In this document: in pieces, positions 47,907 to 58,363 of the stretch | Layout: every line of letters starts with the position of its first letter | Position numbering within the stretch: the stretch's first letter is position 1 | DNA from: a virus | Direction: 5' to 3' (one strand) | DNA length: 64,000 bases | Virus record (IMG/VR): IMGVR_UViG_3300028284_000001 | Notes under the pieces: model-generated | Seen by the model: the letters and a program-made list of their open reading frames with translations, nothing else | Database searches by the model: none | What the model was told of the DNA's origin: nothing | Position numbers and translations under genes: made by a program

Positions 47907-48749
47907 TTATGAGTGGAACATCCAGTCCACGCCTTCATCGCCTTTGATTTCTTCAACAATTGACTCTAATTCGGTGTCTCCCATGTCTTTTATTGCTCCA
48001 TAATCAAATTCAACATTACCAGGTAATGCAAATTTAAAAATACCTAACTTAGCGCCAAGTGATTGTTTAATCTTAGCACTTACATATCTAAAAAATATCT
48101 CGTCACTGTACAATGCACAATCTGAAATAGTTTCATATATGTTTAATATCACATCTCCCTTTGGAGTATCACCTAATATCTTTAACTTACCATCTAATCT
48201 AGTGTAGTTAAAGCTAATAGGATTTTCCATAATTTGTCTAGACATATCAGCTAAAGAAGCATTCAATACATAATATTGTAATTCTTCTGCTGCTTCTGCA
48301 GGGCCTGAGCCATCGTACATTCCTCTAAACAACATTTTTTCTAAAGCAAAGTCTCCGCCACCTTGGAATCTCACATCCATGCCTCCACCTGTACTGTTAA
48401 ATCCGGATTTTAAATCAAATACACCAAACACAGAATATACTCCGCCACCACCGTCAGCGCCAGCTTTTGGTAGATTTAAACATCTAGTGTTTTTAAAGTA
48501 TGCTGATTGAAAAACTGCAGCAGGGATATGATAATAGTTTTCTGCAACAGAATCTTCATATTGTTTATAGAACCATTTCTTAGCTCTATTAATAATATTA
48601 ACAATTTCTTTTTGTGGTAAATTAACAGGCACCATACAAGCACCGGTCATATCATCACCGATCTCCTGTAAGAATTCGTTTAAACAGTTATTACCAAAAT
48701 CTCTTTCGGTACCTAATCCATTTTCACTGCCGCTTCTAATTTCGCTCAT
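47907..48749 (-). CDS. Neck / head-tail adaptor protein (T4 gp13-like)
   Basis: IINRAKKWFY...; FFRYVSAKIKQSLGAKLGIFKFALPGNVEFD...GDTELE. Confidence 0.7.
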   Translation of the reverse strand: MSEIRSGSENGLGTERDFGNNCLNEFLQEIGDDMTGACMVPVNLPQKEIVNIINRAKKWFYKQYEDSVAENYYHIPAAVFQSAYFKNTRCLNLPKAGADGGGGVYSVFGVFDLKSGFNSTGGGMDVRFQGGGDFALEKMLFRGMYDGSGPAEAAEELQYYVLNASLADMSRQIMENPISFNYTRLDGKLKILGDTPKGDVILNIYETISDCALYSDEIFFRYVSAKIKQSLGAKLGIFKFALPGNVEFDYGAIKDMGDTELESIVEEIKGDEGVDWMFHS

Positions 48750-48750
48750 T

Positions 48751-50064
48751 TTAGTTTTTAATTTTTTTACTTACTATAACTTCAGTCTCATCTGAGAATC
48801 TAGCATGAGGTCCAACCCCACCTTCTCTGAAAATACCTCCAGTCATTCTACCTTTAAAAATACCATCTCTTCCAAAAACATAACAGTTTTTTAAATGACA
48901 GCTACCATGTACAAACGAAGATTCAACTTTAGAATCTGCCACTTCAGCACCTTGGTATAGATTTGATCTTAATATTTGTGCTCCTTCGATTTTACCACCG
49001 TAAATTTCACAATTCTCAAGATTACCAGATAACTTGCAATTAACAAATTCAAAACCGTCTAATAAATATGCTGTTTTAAAAACACCATCTTTAACTTGGA
49101 TCGCCCCATAATCAGAATCATAGTTAATTACGCCCTCTTCCATACTACCGTTCGATAGAAGATCTAAGACTTTTTTCTTAAATCGATTCCATTGGACTCT
49201 AATAACCTGAGGATCATCTTGTAAATCTACTAGTATATGTATCTTAGGCCAATGTTTATTTACGGCGCTATAGTCTTTTAACATAGCCATTAGCGGCTCA
49301 TTTTTCTGTAAAATCCTTTTCATCTCTATTTTATTCTCAGGTGTAAACCTAGGATTAAAACAAGAATTAAAAATTGACAGGATAAACATGTCAGCTAAAT
49401 TTAAAATATCTTCAGTTCTTTTTTCGTAATCAGCACCACCAACATATCTAAATTCTAGATAATTGCTTTGAGCCTTTTCAAAGTTAATACCGTAATATTT
49501 AGTATTAGCAAATGTAAAGTTATCTGAACTTATTAAATTTTCATTGTAATAAAAGGCTTCATGTTTAGGCATAACCCATTTAATAGATTTTGCATAAGTA
49601 GAATTTTCTCTATTAGGGAAGTATTTGTAAACTCTCTTCTCGTCGAATTCTAAAATAAACTTTAAAATATTCATTTTAGAAATCATTAGAGTATCTTCTA
49701 AACAGTCTGGGTTAAAAGACATGTTTAGGTGGATAGAGGCTCGATCATTTGTATAACCGTTCTCTCTAATCCATCCCAACATTTTAATGATAACTAATCT
49801 TGCATCACGATATAGCATCGCTCCAGTTACAAGTTCCATAAGGCCTTTACCACCAGACATATCTGGTTCAAGTTTAAAAACCTCTTTACTAGGTTGAAAG
49901 TCTGAATGTGCCTTAGTCTCTAATCTAATTTTACGATTAAGTAACTTAGATATAGAATCTACAGTAGCTTGTTCTTCTAGATTTGAGTAGAATTCAAATT
50001 CAATCCCAATCTGACTTGAGTTGAGTATTGAAATCCTACTAGATTCTTTGTTTAGTTTTTGCAT
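48751..50064 (-). CDS. Putative amidoligase (COOH-NH2 ligase, Amidoligase_2-like) with C-terminal beta-helix repeats
   Basis: IGIEFEFY, MELVT, ASIHLNMS, KYYGINF and YLEFRYVGG; pentapeptide-like C-terminus; GATATATA at 50090-50097. Confidence 0.75.
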   Translation of the reverse strand: MQKLNKESSRISILNSSQIGIEFEFYSNLEEQATVDSISKLLNRKIRLETKAHSDFQPSKEVFKLEPDMSGGKGLMELVTGAMLYRDARLVIIKMLGWIRENGYTNDRASIHLNMSFNPDCLEDTLMISKMNILKFILEFDEKRVYKYFPNRENSTYAKSIKWVMPKHEAFYYNENLISSDNFTFANTKYYGINFEKAQSNYLEFRYVGGADYEKRTEDILNLADMFILSIFNSCFNPRFTPENKIEMKRILQKNEPLMAMLKDYSAVNKHWPKIHILVDLQDDPQVIRVQWNRFKKKVLDLLSNGSMEEGVINYDSDYGAIQVKDGVFKTAYLLDGFEFVNCKLSGNLENCEIYGGKIEGAQILRSNLYQGAEVADSKVESSFVHGSCHLKNCYVFGRDGIFKGRMTGGIFREGGVGPHARFSDETEVIVSKKIKN

Positions 50065-50114
50065 ATTGAGAGTATGATATTACTTTCAATATATATCAAC
50101 CATATCTAAGATAG

Positions 50115-51398
50115 TTATTGGGGCATCTTCAAAAACACCTTCATTGTACCTTCATCAATCCTAGTAATTTGAACAGTGATCTTGTCACCAGGGTTAAATA
50201 CAGTCATTGTTTCTTCTCCAATCTCACTAACGTGTAGTAATCCAGTTACACCATCTTCAATATTAATAAACAAACCATAGTCTTTTTTAGACTTAACAGT
50301 TGCTTCTACCACTGATGGTATTGAGTATCTAGTAGATATGTTAATCCAAGGATTAACTTCTACGACATCCTTCTGAGTTAACGTAATTTTATTATTACTA
50401 ATAATATCTTTTACTTTAAACGCAATAGCATCTCCTGGTTTAATCTCTCTAGCTTTGAATTTAGTTAAAGTATCTTCGTCTAAGTCGTTGTTGTGAATCA
50501 TACCTGTTAAGCATTTATCAAATTCAACAAATACACCATACTTAGCAGTTCCAGTTACTAGACCCTGCTTATCTTCAGAAATACTTTCTTTTAAATTATC
50601 TATAGCTTGTGGTATAAGTGCTTGTAAGTATTTTCTATGTGATACTACAATCGTGCCTCTGTCTGCTGAGAAGCTTACTGGTACAACATAAATTTCTTCA
50701 CCTATAATAGAACTAAAGTCTGATAGTTTATTAATACCTGCAAGTGAACCTGGCATAAAGCAATTAATACCCTGTACTTCTACAACGTATCCGCCATTTT
50801 CAATCATGTTCTTTACAGTACCGATCCATGCAGTTCTACCTTCCTCAATTCCATTTCTTAAATCTGTGAATGTTTTATGCTTAATACCACCAGTAATAGT
50901 TCCTGCTAGTAATCCTTTTGTTTCTGTAATTAAGACTGCAGTCTCATCACCAACCGAACTAGCTTTTACAATATCAGATTCTTTACCGAAGTTAACGTAA
51001 ACTAATTCTCTATAACCAACATCAACTGTGATATATTGTTGATCTATTCCGTAAATAATACCTTCATGGATTTCACCCTCATTAACATTAGGTTTTATAT
51101 CTTGTCCAAACTCTTCCATTGTATCGTAGAGTTGCTGCGCATACGGCTCTCTAGAAAATACCTTATCACCATCTTTAGTTTTAATATGTGGGTTTGGTTT
51201 TCTATACCTAGTTGGGCATGTGCTTTCGTAAGCATCCCATAGGAACTCTCCATTTTCATCGTAAAATTCGTCGTGTTGTCCAACAACTTCTTCTGGCTTT
51301 GTGGTTGCCGTTGTTGTTTCTTGGTTTGTAGTTTCTTCTTTAACTACGGTGATTGTTGCATCGGAAGTATCTCCGATTCGTTTTCTCTTCTGAGTCAT
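50115..51398 (-). CDS. rpsA: Phage-encoded ribosomal protein bS1-like protein (about 4 S1 domains)
   Basis: S1 repeats GGYVVEVQGINCFMPGS, KYGVFVEFDKCLTGMIH and DYGLFINIEDGVTGLLHVSEI; N-terminal EFLWDAYE resembles the Bacteroidota bS1 N-terminus. Confidence 0.85.
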   Translation of the reverse strand: MTQKRKRIGDTSDATITVVKEETTNQETTTATTKPEEVVGQHDEFYDENGEFLWDAYESTCPTRYRKPNPHIKTKDGDKVFSREPYAQQLYDTMEEFGQDIKPNVNEGEIHEGIIYGIDQQYITVDVGYRELVYVNFGKESDIVKASSVGDETAVLITETKGLLAGTITGGIKHKTFTDLRNGIEEGRTAWIGTVKNMIENGGYVVEVQGINCFMPGSLAGINKLSDFSSIIGEEIYVVPVSFSADRGTIVVSHRKYLQALIPQAIDNLKESISEDKQGLVTGTAKYGVFVEFDKCLTGMIHNNDLDEDTLTKFKAREIKPGDAIAFKVKDIISNNKITLTQKDVVEVNPWINISTRYSIPSVVEATVKSKKDYGLFINIEDGVTGLLHVSEIGEETMTVFNPGDKITVQITRIDEGTMKVFLKMPQ

Positions 51399-51443
51399 GT
51401 ATTTTTATTTAAAAGGTTATCTTATACTATCTTAGTAACATAT

Positions 51444-51451
51444 TATATATC
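51444..51451 (-). promoter_or_regulatory. Putative late promoter GATATATA upstream of the S1 gene (second copy at 51512-51519)
   Basis: Matches the octamer that precedes structural genes. Confidence 0.55.
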
Positions 51452-51545
51452 TGCTAAAATATTTGTATTATCCAGCTTTGCTCTTTCCTAAATTTTAGGT
51501 GTTTAACAGTTTATATATCGATATAAAAAGAGTTGGCTTTTTCTA

Positions 51546-51611
51546 CAAAATAATTACCAAATAATTTTTTTATGTCAATTATTTTTCGTATATTAGTACT
51601 GTAATTAAAAA
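51546..51611 (+). promoter_or_regulatory. Early promoter cassette (repeat copy)
   Basis: Near-identical to 20195-20260; TATATTAG at 51589-51596. Confidence 0.8.
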
Positions 51612-51626
51612 CAAACAATAACTATT

Positions 51627-52025
51627 ATGAGTAAATTTAATGTAAATGAAGTAAAGTGTAATGGAGTCGGTGGCTCCGGTTACCAGGCAGTTCTTAAACA
51701 CAAGGATGCAATCCAAGGAATTTGTCAAGAAGTTAGAGATCTTATCGGTATTGAAAAACTATGGGAACTAGCAACTACAGATCCTAATGTGGATTATCAC
51801 CAAGGTACTAGATTTAATTCTGTAGAAGATAATGCATACCGACTTATTACTGGAATAGCAGGACATGTGGCTGAGTATCTCCCGACAAGTGAGTTAATCG
51901 AGATGCACGTAGGAGCCATTCTACCGATGTTAACAATGAAAGATAAGGTAACACTTGTTGCCGATGCTTGTAGGGACTGTGCGTCTGCAGACCATTGGTA
52001 TACCTTCGAAAAAGACTGGGGTTAA
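51627..52025 (+). CDS. Hypothetical early protein (132 aa), counter-oriented insert
   Basis: Starts right after the promoter cassette and converges on the next gene with overlapping stops. Confidence 0.75.
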   Translation: MSKFNVNEVKCNGVGGSGYQAVLKHKDAIQGICQEVRDLIGIEKLWELATTDPNVDYHQGTRFNSVEDNAYRLITGIAGHVAEYLPTSELIEMHVGAILPMLTMKDKVTLVADACRDCASADHWYTFEKDWG

Positions 52026-53929
52026 AATACAATAGGTACAAAACCAACCATAGGCACTGGACCTACAGGAGTTGGAATACCACCAAGATATAATAGTTTA
52101 AATTCAAGTAGATGCAGGGCATAAGTTCCTGCAACTGCAGTTGCGGTTGCATTTGATGCTGGAGCCTGAGTTCCAGGTGTTGCAAAAGATTTACCTGTAT
52201 TCCAGGCTCTTCTTAAATTATTTGCTAAACGATTTGCACTTCCATAATAAATTGGAATATAAATTCCTGTTAGTGGTGCTGGTATTAAAGCAGGGGGAGC
52301 AGATGGCATATTTTTAAATGGTTTAACAATACAAGCATACCAATATGCTATTGTAACTCTTGCCATCATCATATAAGGATCTCCGCTAAATGATTTACCA
52401 CCAGGAGTAGTTCCACTTGGATCCCATGGATGTGCAACTTCAGTCATTGGTTCTTCACAGTTAGCAGCAGCCTTAATAGCACAAAGAGCTTTATGGAATT
52501 CAAATTTATATTGAGTACCTGCCTCATCACCATTCCATGAACTACCATCCCAGCCTAAAGCTAAGAATGCATCACCTGGTTTTGATTTGCCCATAAAAGA
52601 ACTATCATCACTTGCTCTTGCAGCTGCATTTAATTTACCTTGAGGTGGAGTCTTTCTCCATTTATTTTTCCACTCTCCATTTTCGTATTTTGATTTTACC
52701 CAATTACTAGTCTTCTCATACTTAACATTATTTGAACCTTTGCTAAATTGAACTTTAAGATTATTAGTAATATAAGGTTCTCCTCCAGTTCTTTTGTTTG
52801 GATAAAATGAAAAAGCAGCAACTACGTTAGATGTTAAAACCTTAGGCCTTTTACTTGGATTTTCCGGTGGAGTATGTTCAAAATCATAAGCCACTTGTAT
52901 TTTATATGGATTTATAGGACAATAGTCAGGTGTAATATCTTTTCCATCTGGGTCTAATAACGTAGGATATTCAATTTGTTCTGTTGCAACCCTTTTAATT
53001 CGCTTTTTAATAACAGAGTTACTACCAGTTCCAATGCCATCATTATCTAATTCTGGATGTGCAGCTAATATTGCATCACGTACATATTTAGAAACATTAT
53101 CTGCTAATTTTTCATAATTATATCCCGCAGCAGCAATTTCAGTTCTAGCCTTACTGTTTATATTAGGATATGGTAGACTATTATCAAGTACTCCTGTATT
53201 GCTTGTTGAATAATTTGATTTGCCTAAATGACATGCCCATACAAAATAATCCCATCTTCCATTTCCGTTACTCATATACTTATATCCCATTAAAATTCTA
53301 GTTGCAAAAATAACTTCTAATTCTTCTTGAGACTCTGTACCTATTAAGCACGGGAATTGATAAAACTTAAATCTATATAAATCATAGTTACTAGCATTTT
53401 CAGCTGATGTAAACTGATTAAAGGCTTTAGTATTTTCTGCTTCAATCTTAGCTAAAGCTTCAGCGTCTGGTTGTTTAATTTCAGGACAAAAATCAGCATA
53501 GGCAGGATGAGACTCTTTTCCCATCTCAATTAAATTACCATCTTCATCATATTGATCTTGTAGAGGTATATCACCTTCTCGTAAAAGTCTTTCGAATGCA
53601 ATACCATACCCTTCTTTTAAAAGTGCCTCAGCACCTCCGTTATTAGTATGAAGTTCTCCAACATGCGTTTGTGCCATACTCTTTACAGCATCTAAATAAT
53701 GTTGAGCAACTTGTTTACCGAAATCATATCTACCTGAAAGTGGCGCAACGTTAAATGAATTAACATAATCAGCTTGATTAGATTTTAAAATAGCATTTTT
53801 AGGATTACCTACAACAGACTCTTGTACTGGAAGATCATAAGAAATTCCGGCACCTCCTGGTTTAGTAAATTGCTGGCTCTGTAGCGTATTCGCTAATGCT
53901 GGAATAAATGTAGCCCAATTTGCTGGCAT
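52022..53929 (-). CDS. Putative baseplate/spike-associated virion protein (635 aa)
   Basis: Directly downstream of the spike gene; Pro/Gly-rich C-terminus. Confidence 0.45.
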   Translation of the reverse strand: MPANWATFIPALANTLQSQQFTKPGGAGISYDLPVQESVVGNPKNAILKSNQADYVNSFNVAPLSGRYDFGKQVAQHYLDAVKSMAQTHVGELHTNNGGAEALLKEGYGIAFERLLREGDIPLQDQYDEDGNLIEMGKESHPAYADFCPEIKQPDAEALAKIEAENTKAFNQFTSAENASNYDLYRFKFYQFPCLIGTESQEELEVIFATRILMGYKYMSNGNGRWDYFVWACHLGKSNYSTSNTGVLDNSLPYPNINSKARTEIAAAGYNYEKLADNVSKYVRDAILAAHPELDNDGIGTGSNSVIKKRIKRVATEQIEYPTLLDPDGKDITPDYCPINPYKIQVAYDFEHTPPENPSKRPKVLTSNVVAAFSFYPNKRTGGEPYITNNLKVQFSKGSNNVKYEKTSNWVKSKYENGEWKNKWRKTPPQGKLNAAARASDDSSFMGKSKPGDAFLALGWDGSSWNGDEAGTQYKFEFHKALCAIKAAANCEEPMTEVAHPWDPSGTTPGGKSFSGDPYMMMARVTIAYWYACIVKPFKNMPSAPPALIPAPLTGIYIPIYYGSANRLANNLRRAWNTGKSFATPGTQAPASNATATAVAGTYALHLLEFKLLYLGGIPTPVGPVPMVGFVPIVF

Positions 53930-53931
53930 AA

Positions 53932-54651
53932 TTACTTATTCTTTTGTTGATAGTTAATATGAGTACTAGATAGTTTTGCTACCGTTACTGGAGTAGGCGG
54001 CATCGGTGGACCTGATGGCCCAACTCCTGTTGGATGTATATGTGCATTGTAATCATCTAATAAAGCCTGTAACCAATCTTGTAAAGATTGACCCCTCACT
54101 GCTGGCTCAGTTTCATCTGCTCCACCTTCTCCAGTATTAGATACAAATATATCACCGCAATCCATAAAGATCTTTGCATCCGTAGATATCTTAATAAAAC
54201 CCTCTTCATCTATTTGAATCATAGGTCTTTCTTTTGCGCCCTCGCCTCTTGTAATAACTAAACCATCTTCTGGTGAGTGGTATATTCTTAAATTACGTTC
54301 CGCGTCATATACTAATGAGATAACATCATGGGGTGCTCCAGACTTTTCAAGGATATCTCCTTTAAGTTCTACGTTCTGATCTATTTGAAACCAGTATTCA
54401 GGATGGTAGATGTTTCCATTGTCAAATCTAACTGCGACAATATCACCTACTCTTGGTACGATATGCATACCAGGTGCTTCTCTATTCTGTGGAGTTGCCC
54501 ATGGAATAGCATCATCAGGTAACTTATCAAATTTACCATATACCTTTACTCGTGCTCTACCTTGAAGTAGTGGATCTTCTATATCGACGACCTCTCCTAA
54601 CCAATGTGCATCTCGTAAATTATCTCTAAATAGTTCATCGTTATTATTCAT
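53932..54651 (-). CDS. Baseplate central spike (gp5/gpV-like OB-fold plus beta-helix)
   Basis: GEVVDIEDPLLQGRARVKVYG, PWATP and PRVGDIVAVRFDNGNIYHP; apex HIH metal-binding motif. Confidence 0.88.
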   Translation of the reverse strand: MNNNDELFRDNLRDAHWLGEVVDIEDPLLQGRARVKVYGKFDKLPDDAIPWATPQNREAPGMHIVPRVGDIVAVRFDNGNIYHPEYWFQIDQNVELKGDILEKSGAPHDVISLVYDAERNLRIYHSPEDGLVITRGEGAKERPMIQIDEEGFIKISTDAKIFMDCGDIFVSNTGEGGADETEPAVRGQSLQDWLQALLDDYNAHIHPTGVGPSGPPMPPTPVTVAKLSSTHINYQQKNK

Positions 54652-56017
54652 ATACGTTGTCGTTTAAATTACCATCAGGTGTTGAATCAACACCCCTCTC
54701 ATGTATTCTATAGTTCAACTGTCCATCCGGTGAAGAATCAACTCCAGCAGGGTGTATATTCTCTTGGATGCCAGTACCACCTCCTGTATTACCAAATAGG
54801 CTTCCTAATTGATTTGCAATTCCATTAATAGATCCTGCCGCGATGGCGTCTAATAAACTACCTCCACTAATACCATGTACATTACCTAAAAGTAATTTAC
54901 TTAATATCGCATCTTCAGCTTTATCTAAGATACCTGCTGCTATTCCACCCGGCTTACCGTATACATTACCTATATCAGAATTATTCTGCAGAGTTAATGA
55001 ATCTTTAGCGTTATTAAGTCTATTTGTAACTCCAGCAGCTGCATCTTTAATTGTATCGGTAACTTTACCTAATGTTCTGTCTTTAAGTACAGATTTAAAA
55101 GTAGGATCTCCAGGTAATGAGAAGTCACCTCGACCAGCACCGTCACCTGAAGAAATAGTTCTTCTAGCATTACTAGGATCAAACGGATTTCTATCTTGGT
55201 CCGAAGTATCGATTTCTTTAAATGGTGAATTGTCCTCTTCAATCACTAGGTTATTACCTAATTTTTGACTAAGCTGATGAACTGATCCCCATTTAATAGC
55301 GATCTTAGGTTTTTTCATTTCTGGATTCTTAGTTAAATCTGCAAACATTGGAGCAATAGAATCTATATCAAATTCACAATGTGAGAATTCTAATTGTATA
55401 AATGGTTTTGCAGCTAAAGAAAAATCTTGATTGATTTGTTTTATAGCACCTCCATTACCAGAATTACCAGCATTATCTGGATTATCATAAAATCCTAAAT
55501 TAGCTGCATCTGTATCTTGTTGGAATTTTCTTACTTCAGAAACAAAAACGTACATTTTAAAATGTCTTAAGTTATGTGGAATAACTTCTACCCATCTTTG
55601 GAAATCATAACAAGCTCTCTTGTATAAGTCCATTAAGCCGATTGCTGTTAATTCAACATTCTCCTCTAAACATTCGATTTCAAGCTTAGGTTTTTCAGCA
55701 CCCCACCAAGGCTCTTGCATTTCATTAAAAGTCATGGCTGTATCAATTCCAGCTAAAGATTGCCAAAACCAAGGCATTTCCCTATTAATCTTCATTAATA
55801 CTTTTTGAAAGTTTTCTAGATGCTTGGCATACTTATTACCTTCATCTGCTCGTAGCACTTTAGTTAAGTAATCTTTTGCAGCACCAGACAATAGGGGTGA
55901 CCCTTCTCTATCCGATGTCTCGAACGCTAGAAAAAAGCTTAAGTATGTTGGATCTTCATGTAACTTACGAAGTATCGAACCTTTTCTAAAATCTTGTTGT
56001 TTACCAAAATCTGCCAT
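54644..56017 (-). CDS. Baseplate/tail-tube initiator-like protein (gp54/gp48-like candidate)
   Basis: Tube-fold-like N-terminal half with a Gly-rich tail; baseplate hub context; GATAAATA at 56022-56029. Confidence 0.45.
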   Translation of the reverse strand: MADFGKQQDFRKGSILRKLHEDPTYLSFFLAFETSDREGSPLLSGAAKDYLTKVLRADEGNKYAKHLENFQKVLMKINREMPWFWQSLAGIDTAMTFNEMQEPWWGAEKPKLEIECLEENVELTAIGLMDLYKRACYDFQRWVEVIPHNLRHFKMYVFVSEVRKFQQDTDAANLGFYDNPDNAGNSGNGGAIKQINQDFSLAAKPFIQLEFSHCEFDIDSIAPMFADLTKNPEMKKPKIAIKWGSVHQLSQKLGNNLVIEEDNSPFKEIDTSDQDRNPFDPSNARRTISSGDGAGRGDFSLPGDPTFKSVLKDRTLGKVTDTIKDAAAGVTNRLNNAKDSLTLQNNSDIGNVYGKPGGIAAGILDKAEDAILSKLLLGNVHGISGGSLLDAIAAGSINGIANQLGSLFGNTGGGTGIQENIHPAGVDSSPDGQLNYRIHERGVDSTPDGNLNDNVYE

Positions 56018-56040
56018 GTATTATTTATCTTCCTTTTTTA

Positions 56041-57549
56041 TTACGCTTCTAAATTCTTAATTCTAGTAGGCCATTCTCTTCTAATCAGAGTTACTTTTTG
56101 TCTTAAACCGCCATCTGGTTCTGTAATTACATAATTAATATTTTCAATAATATAATGACCACTTAAAAATTTATCCATTACTTGAGTTGCATCCGCAGCA
56201 TCTTCACCCTTTCCAGCCTTAAATGGTTTATCCTTAAACCCAGCTTCATCTCTTTTAAAATCACCTATTTTAGATGCTTCTGCTCTTGCACCATCATAAT
56301 GATACATTACTACTGGAATCTTCTGGTACTTGTAAATAGCAGGATTAAAAGACGATAGAGTCAATACAACTTTCATCTTATTAATTTCCATTTTATTTTG
56401 TACATTATGTAGTTTTGAAAAAGCAGCATTAGGATGTGTATTACCTAAGCCATCTTCACCTGCATTTTGCCTACCCATATACTTATGTTTTATTTGAGTC
56501 TCGTGGCGGTTATCTTTTTCATTACCCTTTAACGGAGCTTCAATATCCGGTAAATTTTCAGTTACTAATGGTTCAACTTTAAACTCTTGTAATCTATCTC
56601 CAGGTTCTGAATTATTGTCATAGATCTGGATGTTTCTAGCATAGCCAGCCTCAAGACTTATAGTAGATGAGTTGTTTATCAATTCATGTTCATCGATGTA
56701 ACAGGATAGCCCATTCGTATCCTTATGGTTAGTCAGCATTAAAGGTACTTCAATATTATCTGCTTTATTATCTCCACCTTCTTCAGCATCATGGTTTTCT
56801 GAAACAGAAGCTGCAAAAGATGCTAGCACCGCCATAACCTCATCTAGGTTTTGATTTGGCGCATTAAATATTTTATTAATATCTACAAAAGTTAAGTAGT
56901 AATATTGATCTATATAATATGTAGTAAATGCATCATCTGAAATATAAGAATCTTCTACGATACTCTTTATGAAATCATCATAAGTAACATAGGCTTGCAT
57001 TCTTGATTGCTTATCATCTGTTGTGTCAACGTTTGTAACTAATCCTAGTTCTAAATCTCTTGCCACTAATTCTAAATGGTTTAATGAACTATCAGCATCT
57101 AGTAATTGACAATCTTCAGCAAACATTCTTGGTATTTTCGCAACACCTTCCATCATAATAACTGGAGGAGCTCCCATAATTTCAGGAGTAGTCTCTATTG
57201 TAACAATATCAAAATCGATATGTATAGACTTAAATGTTTCTTGATGTTTAGAGTTAAGTAATATTGTAAAGAAGTCACCGTCTCTAGGATATGAATCAAC
57301 AGCAAATGTATTCTTATTATCTAGAAGAGTAATTGTACAATTAGGTATAATTCCACTACAATCTAATTCAAAGCTCTGTATATCTGCAGGGCCAAATTGA
57401 TATGAGTTAACTAGAACAAAAGGTTTTAGCGAACCAATTACTTTGGTCTGCTTATTACCACCACCATCTTCACCTAAGTTATCAATCTTAATTTCTGTAG
57501 GTAATATTGCCGGTTCAACAACCGCTAATAAATGATTATCTAACTTCAT
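56041..57549 (-). CDS. Baseplate hub protein candidate (gp27-like)
   Basis: C-terminal DKFLSGHYIIENINY...QKVTLIRR typical of hub proteins; lies between the LysM and spike genes. Confidence 0.6.
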   Translation of the reverse strand: MKLDNHLLAVVEPAILPTEIKIDNLGEDGGGNKQTKVIGSLKPFVLVNSYQFGPADIQSFELDCSGIIPNCTITLLDNKNTFAVDSYPRDGDFFTILLNSKHQETFKSIHIDFDIVTIETTPEIMGAPPVIMMEGVAKIPRMFAEDCQLLDADSSLNHLELVARDLELGLVTNVDTTDDKQSRMQAYVTYDDFIKSIVEDSYISDDAFTTYYIDQYYYLTFVDINKIFNAPNQNLDEVMAVLASFAASVSENHDAEEGGDNKADNIEVPLMLTNHKDTNGLSCYIDEHELINNSSTISLEAGYARNIQIYDNNSEPGDRLQEFKVEPLVTENLPDIEAPLKGNEKDNRHETQIKHKYMGRQNAGEDGLGNTHPNAAFSKLHNVQNKMEINKMKVVLTLSSFNPAIYKYQKIPVVMYHYDGARAEASKIGDFKRDEAGFKDKPFKAGKGEDAADATQVMDKFLSGHYIIENINYVITEPDGGLRQKVTLIRREWPTRIKNLEA

Positions 57550-57559
57550 GTTTTAAGTA

Positions 57560-58363
57560 TTAATTACAGGGTGCTCCGTCGTTAGCAATATCGTTACTAT
57601 TACCAGTACCTCCGGGTGACGTTCCATCTCCAGCTGCACCACCAGTTGGATCTGCACTTCCAGCACCTTTGCCTGCGTTTGATGTTTGACCACCACCCTT
57701 ACCGGCTTTATCTGCTAAATTTTTATCTAATTGACTCTCGGTCAAACTGTCACCTGTATCGGCGGATGTATTCGTATCTTCAAATAATTCTAAAGCATCT
57801 TCTAACTGATCAATTCTATTTTCTATCACTTCTCTAGTAAGATCTGATAATATAGATTCAGTAACCGCATCATTCTGAGCTTGAGCTCCTAATATTACAG
57901 TACCATCAGGTTTAAATGCATAATTCTTTTTACCAACTGCAATTACGTTAGGTGGCAATAGAGTTTCTTTGTTATATTTCTTTTTAAGAGCTTCTAATCT
58001 ATTCTTATCCTTTTGACTCAGTCTTTTACCTTGTACAAATTGATTCTTAATAGAATTCTCTTCGGATATGCTAGGTCGATCTAATCTATAAAATGGCACA
58101 CCATCATCTGGAATTTCTAAAGTCTCTCCAGGTCTTAATGAGAACGGATCTGAAATACCATTCCATTTTAGAATAACATCAGTCATACTATCGCTATTAT
58201 AGTATTCTAAAGAAATTAAGTCAGGTCTCCCTACCTCATCATCTCGTACAACGTGGTATGCGATAATGTTAACGTTTTGTTTTCGTTTAAACATCATCGT
58301 TGGTTGGGCTAAGACATACTTAATCCCATCAATTGCTTTATATAGTAAACTTTTAAATTCCAT
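57560..58363 (-). CDS. LysM-type baseplate wedge protein (T4 gp53-like)
   Basis: HVVRDDEVGRPDLISLEYY...ILKWNGISDPFSLRPGETLEIP. Confidence 0.8.
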   Translation of the reverse strand: MEFKSLLYKAIDGIKYVLAQPTMMFKRKQNVNIIAYHVVRDDEVGRPDLISLEYYNSDSMTDVILKWNGISDPFSLRPGETLEIPDDGVPFYRLDRPSISEENSIKNQFVQGKRLSQKDKNRLEALKKKYNKETLLPPNVIAVGKKNYAFKPDGTVILGAQAQNDAVTESILSDLTREVIENRIDQLEDALELFEDTNTSADTGDSLTESQLDKNLADKAGKGGGQTSNAGKGAGSADPTGGAAGDGTSPGGTGNSNDIANDGAPCN

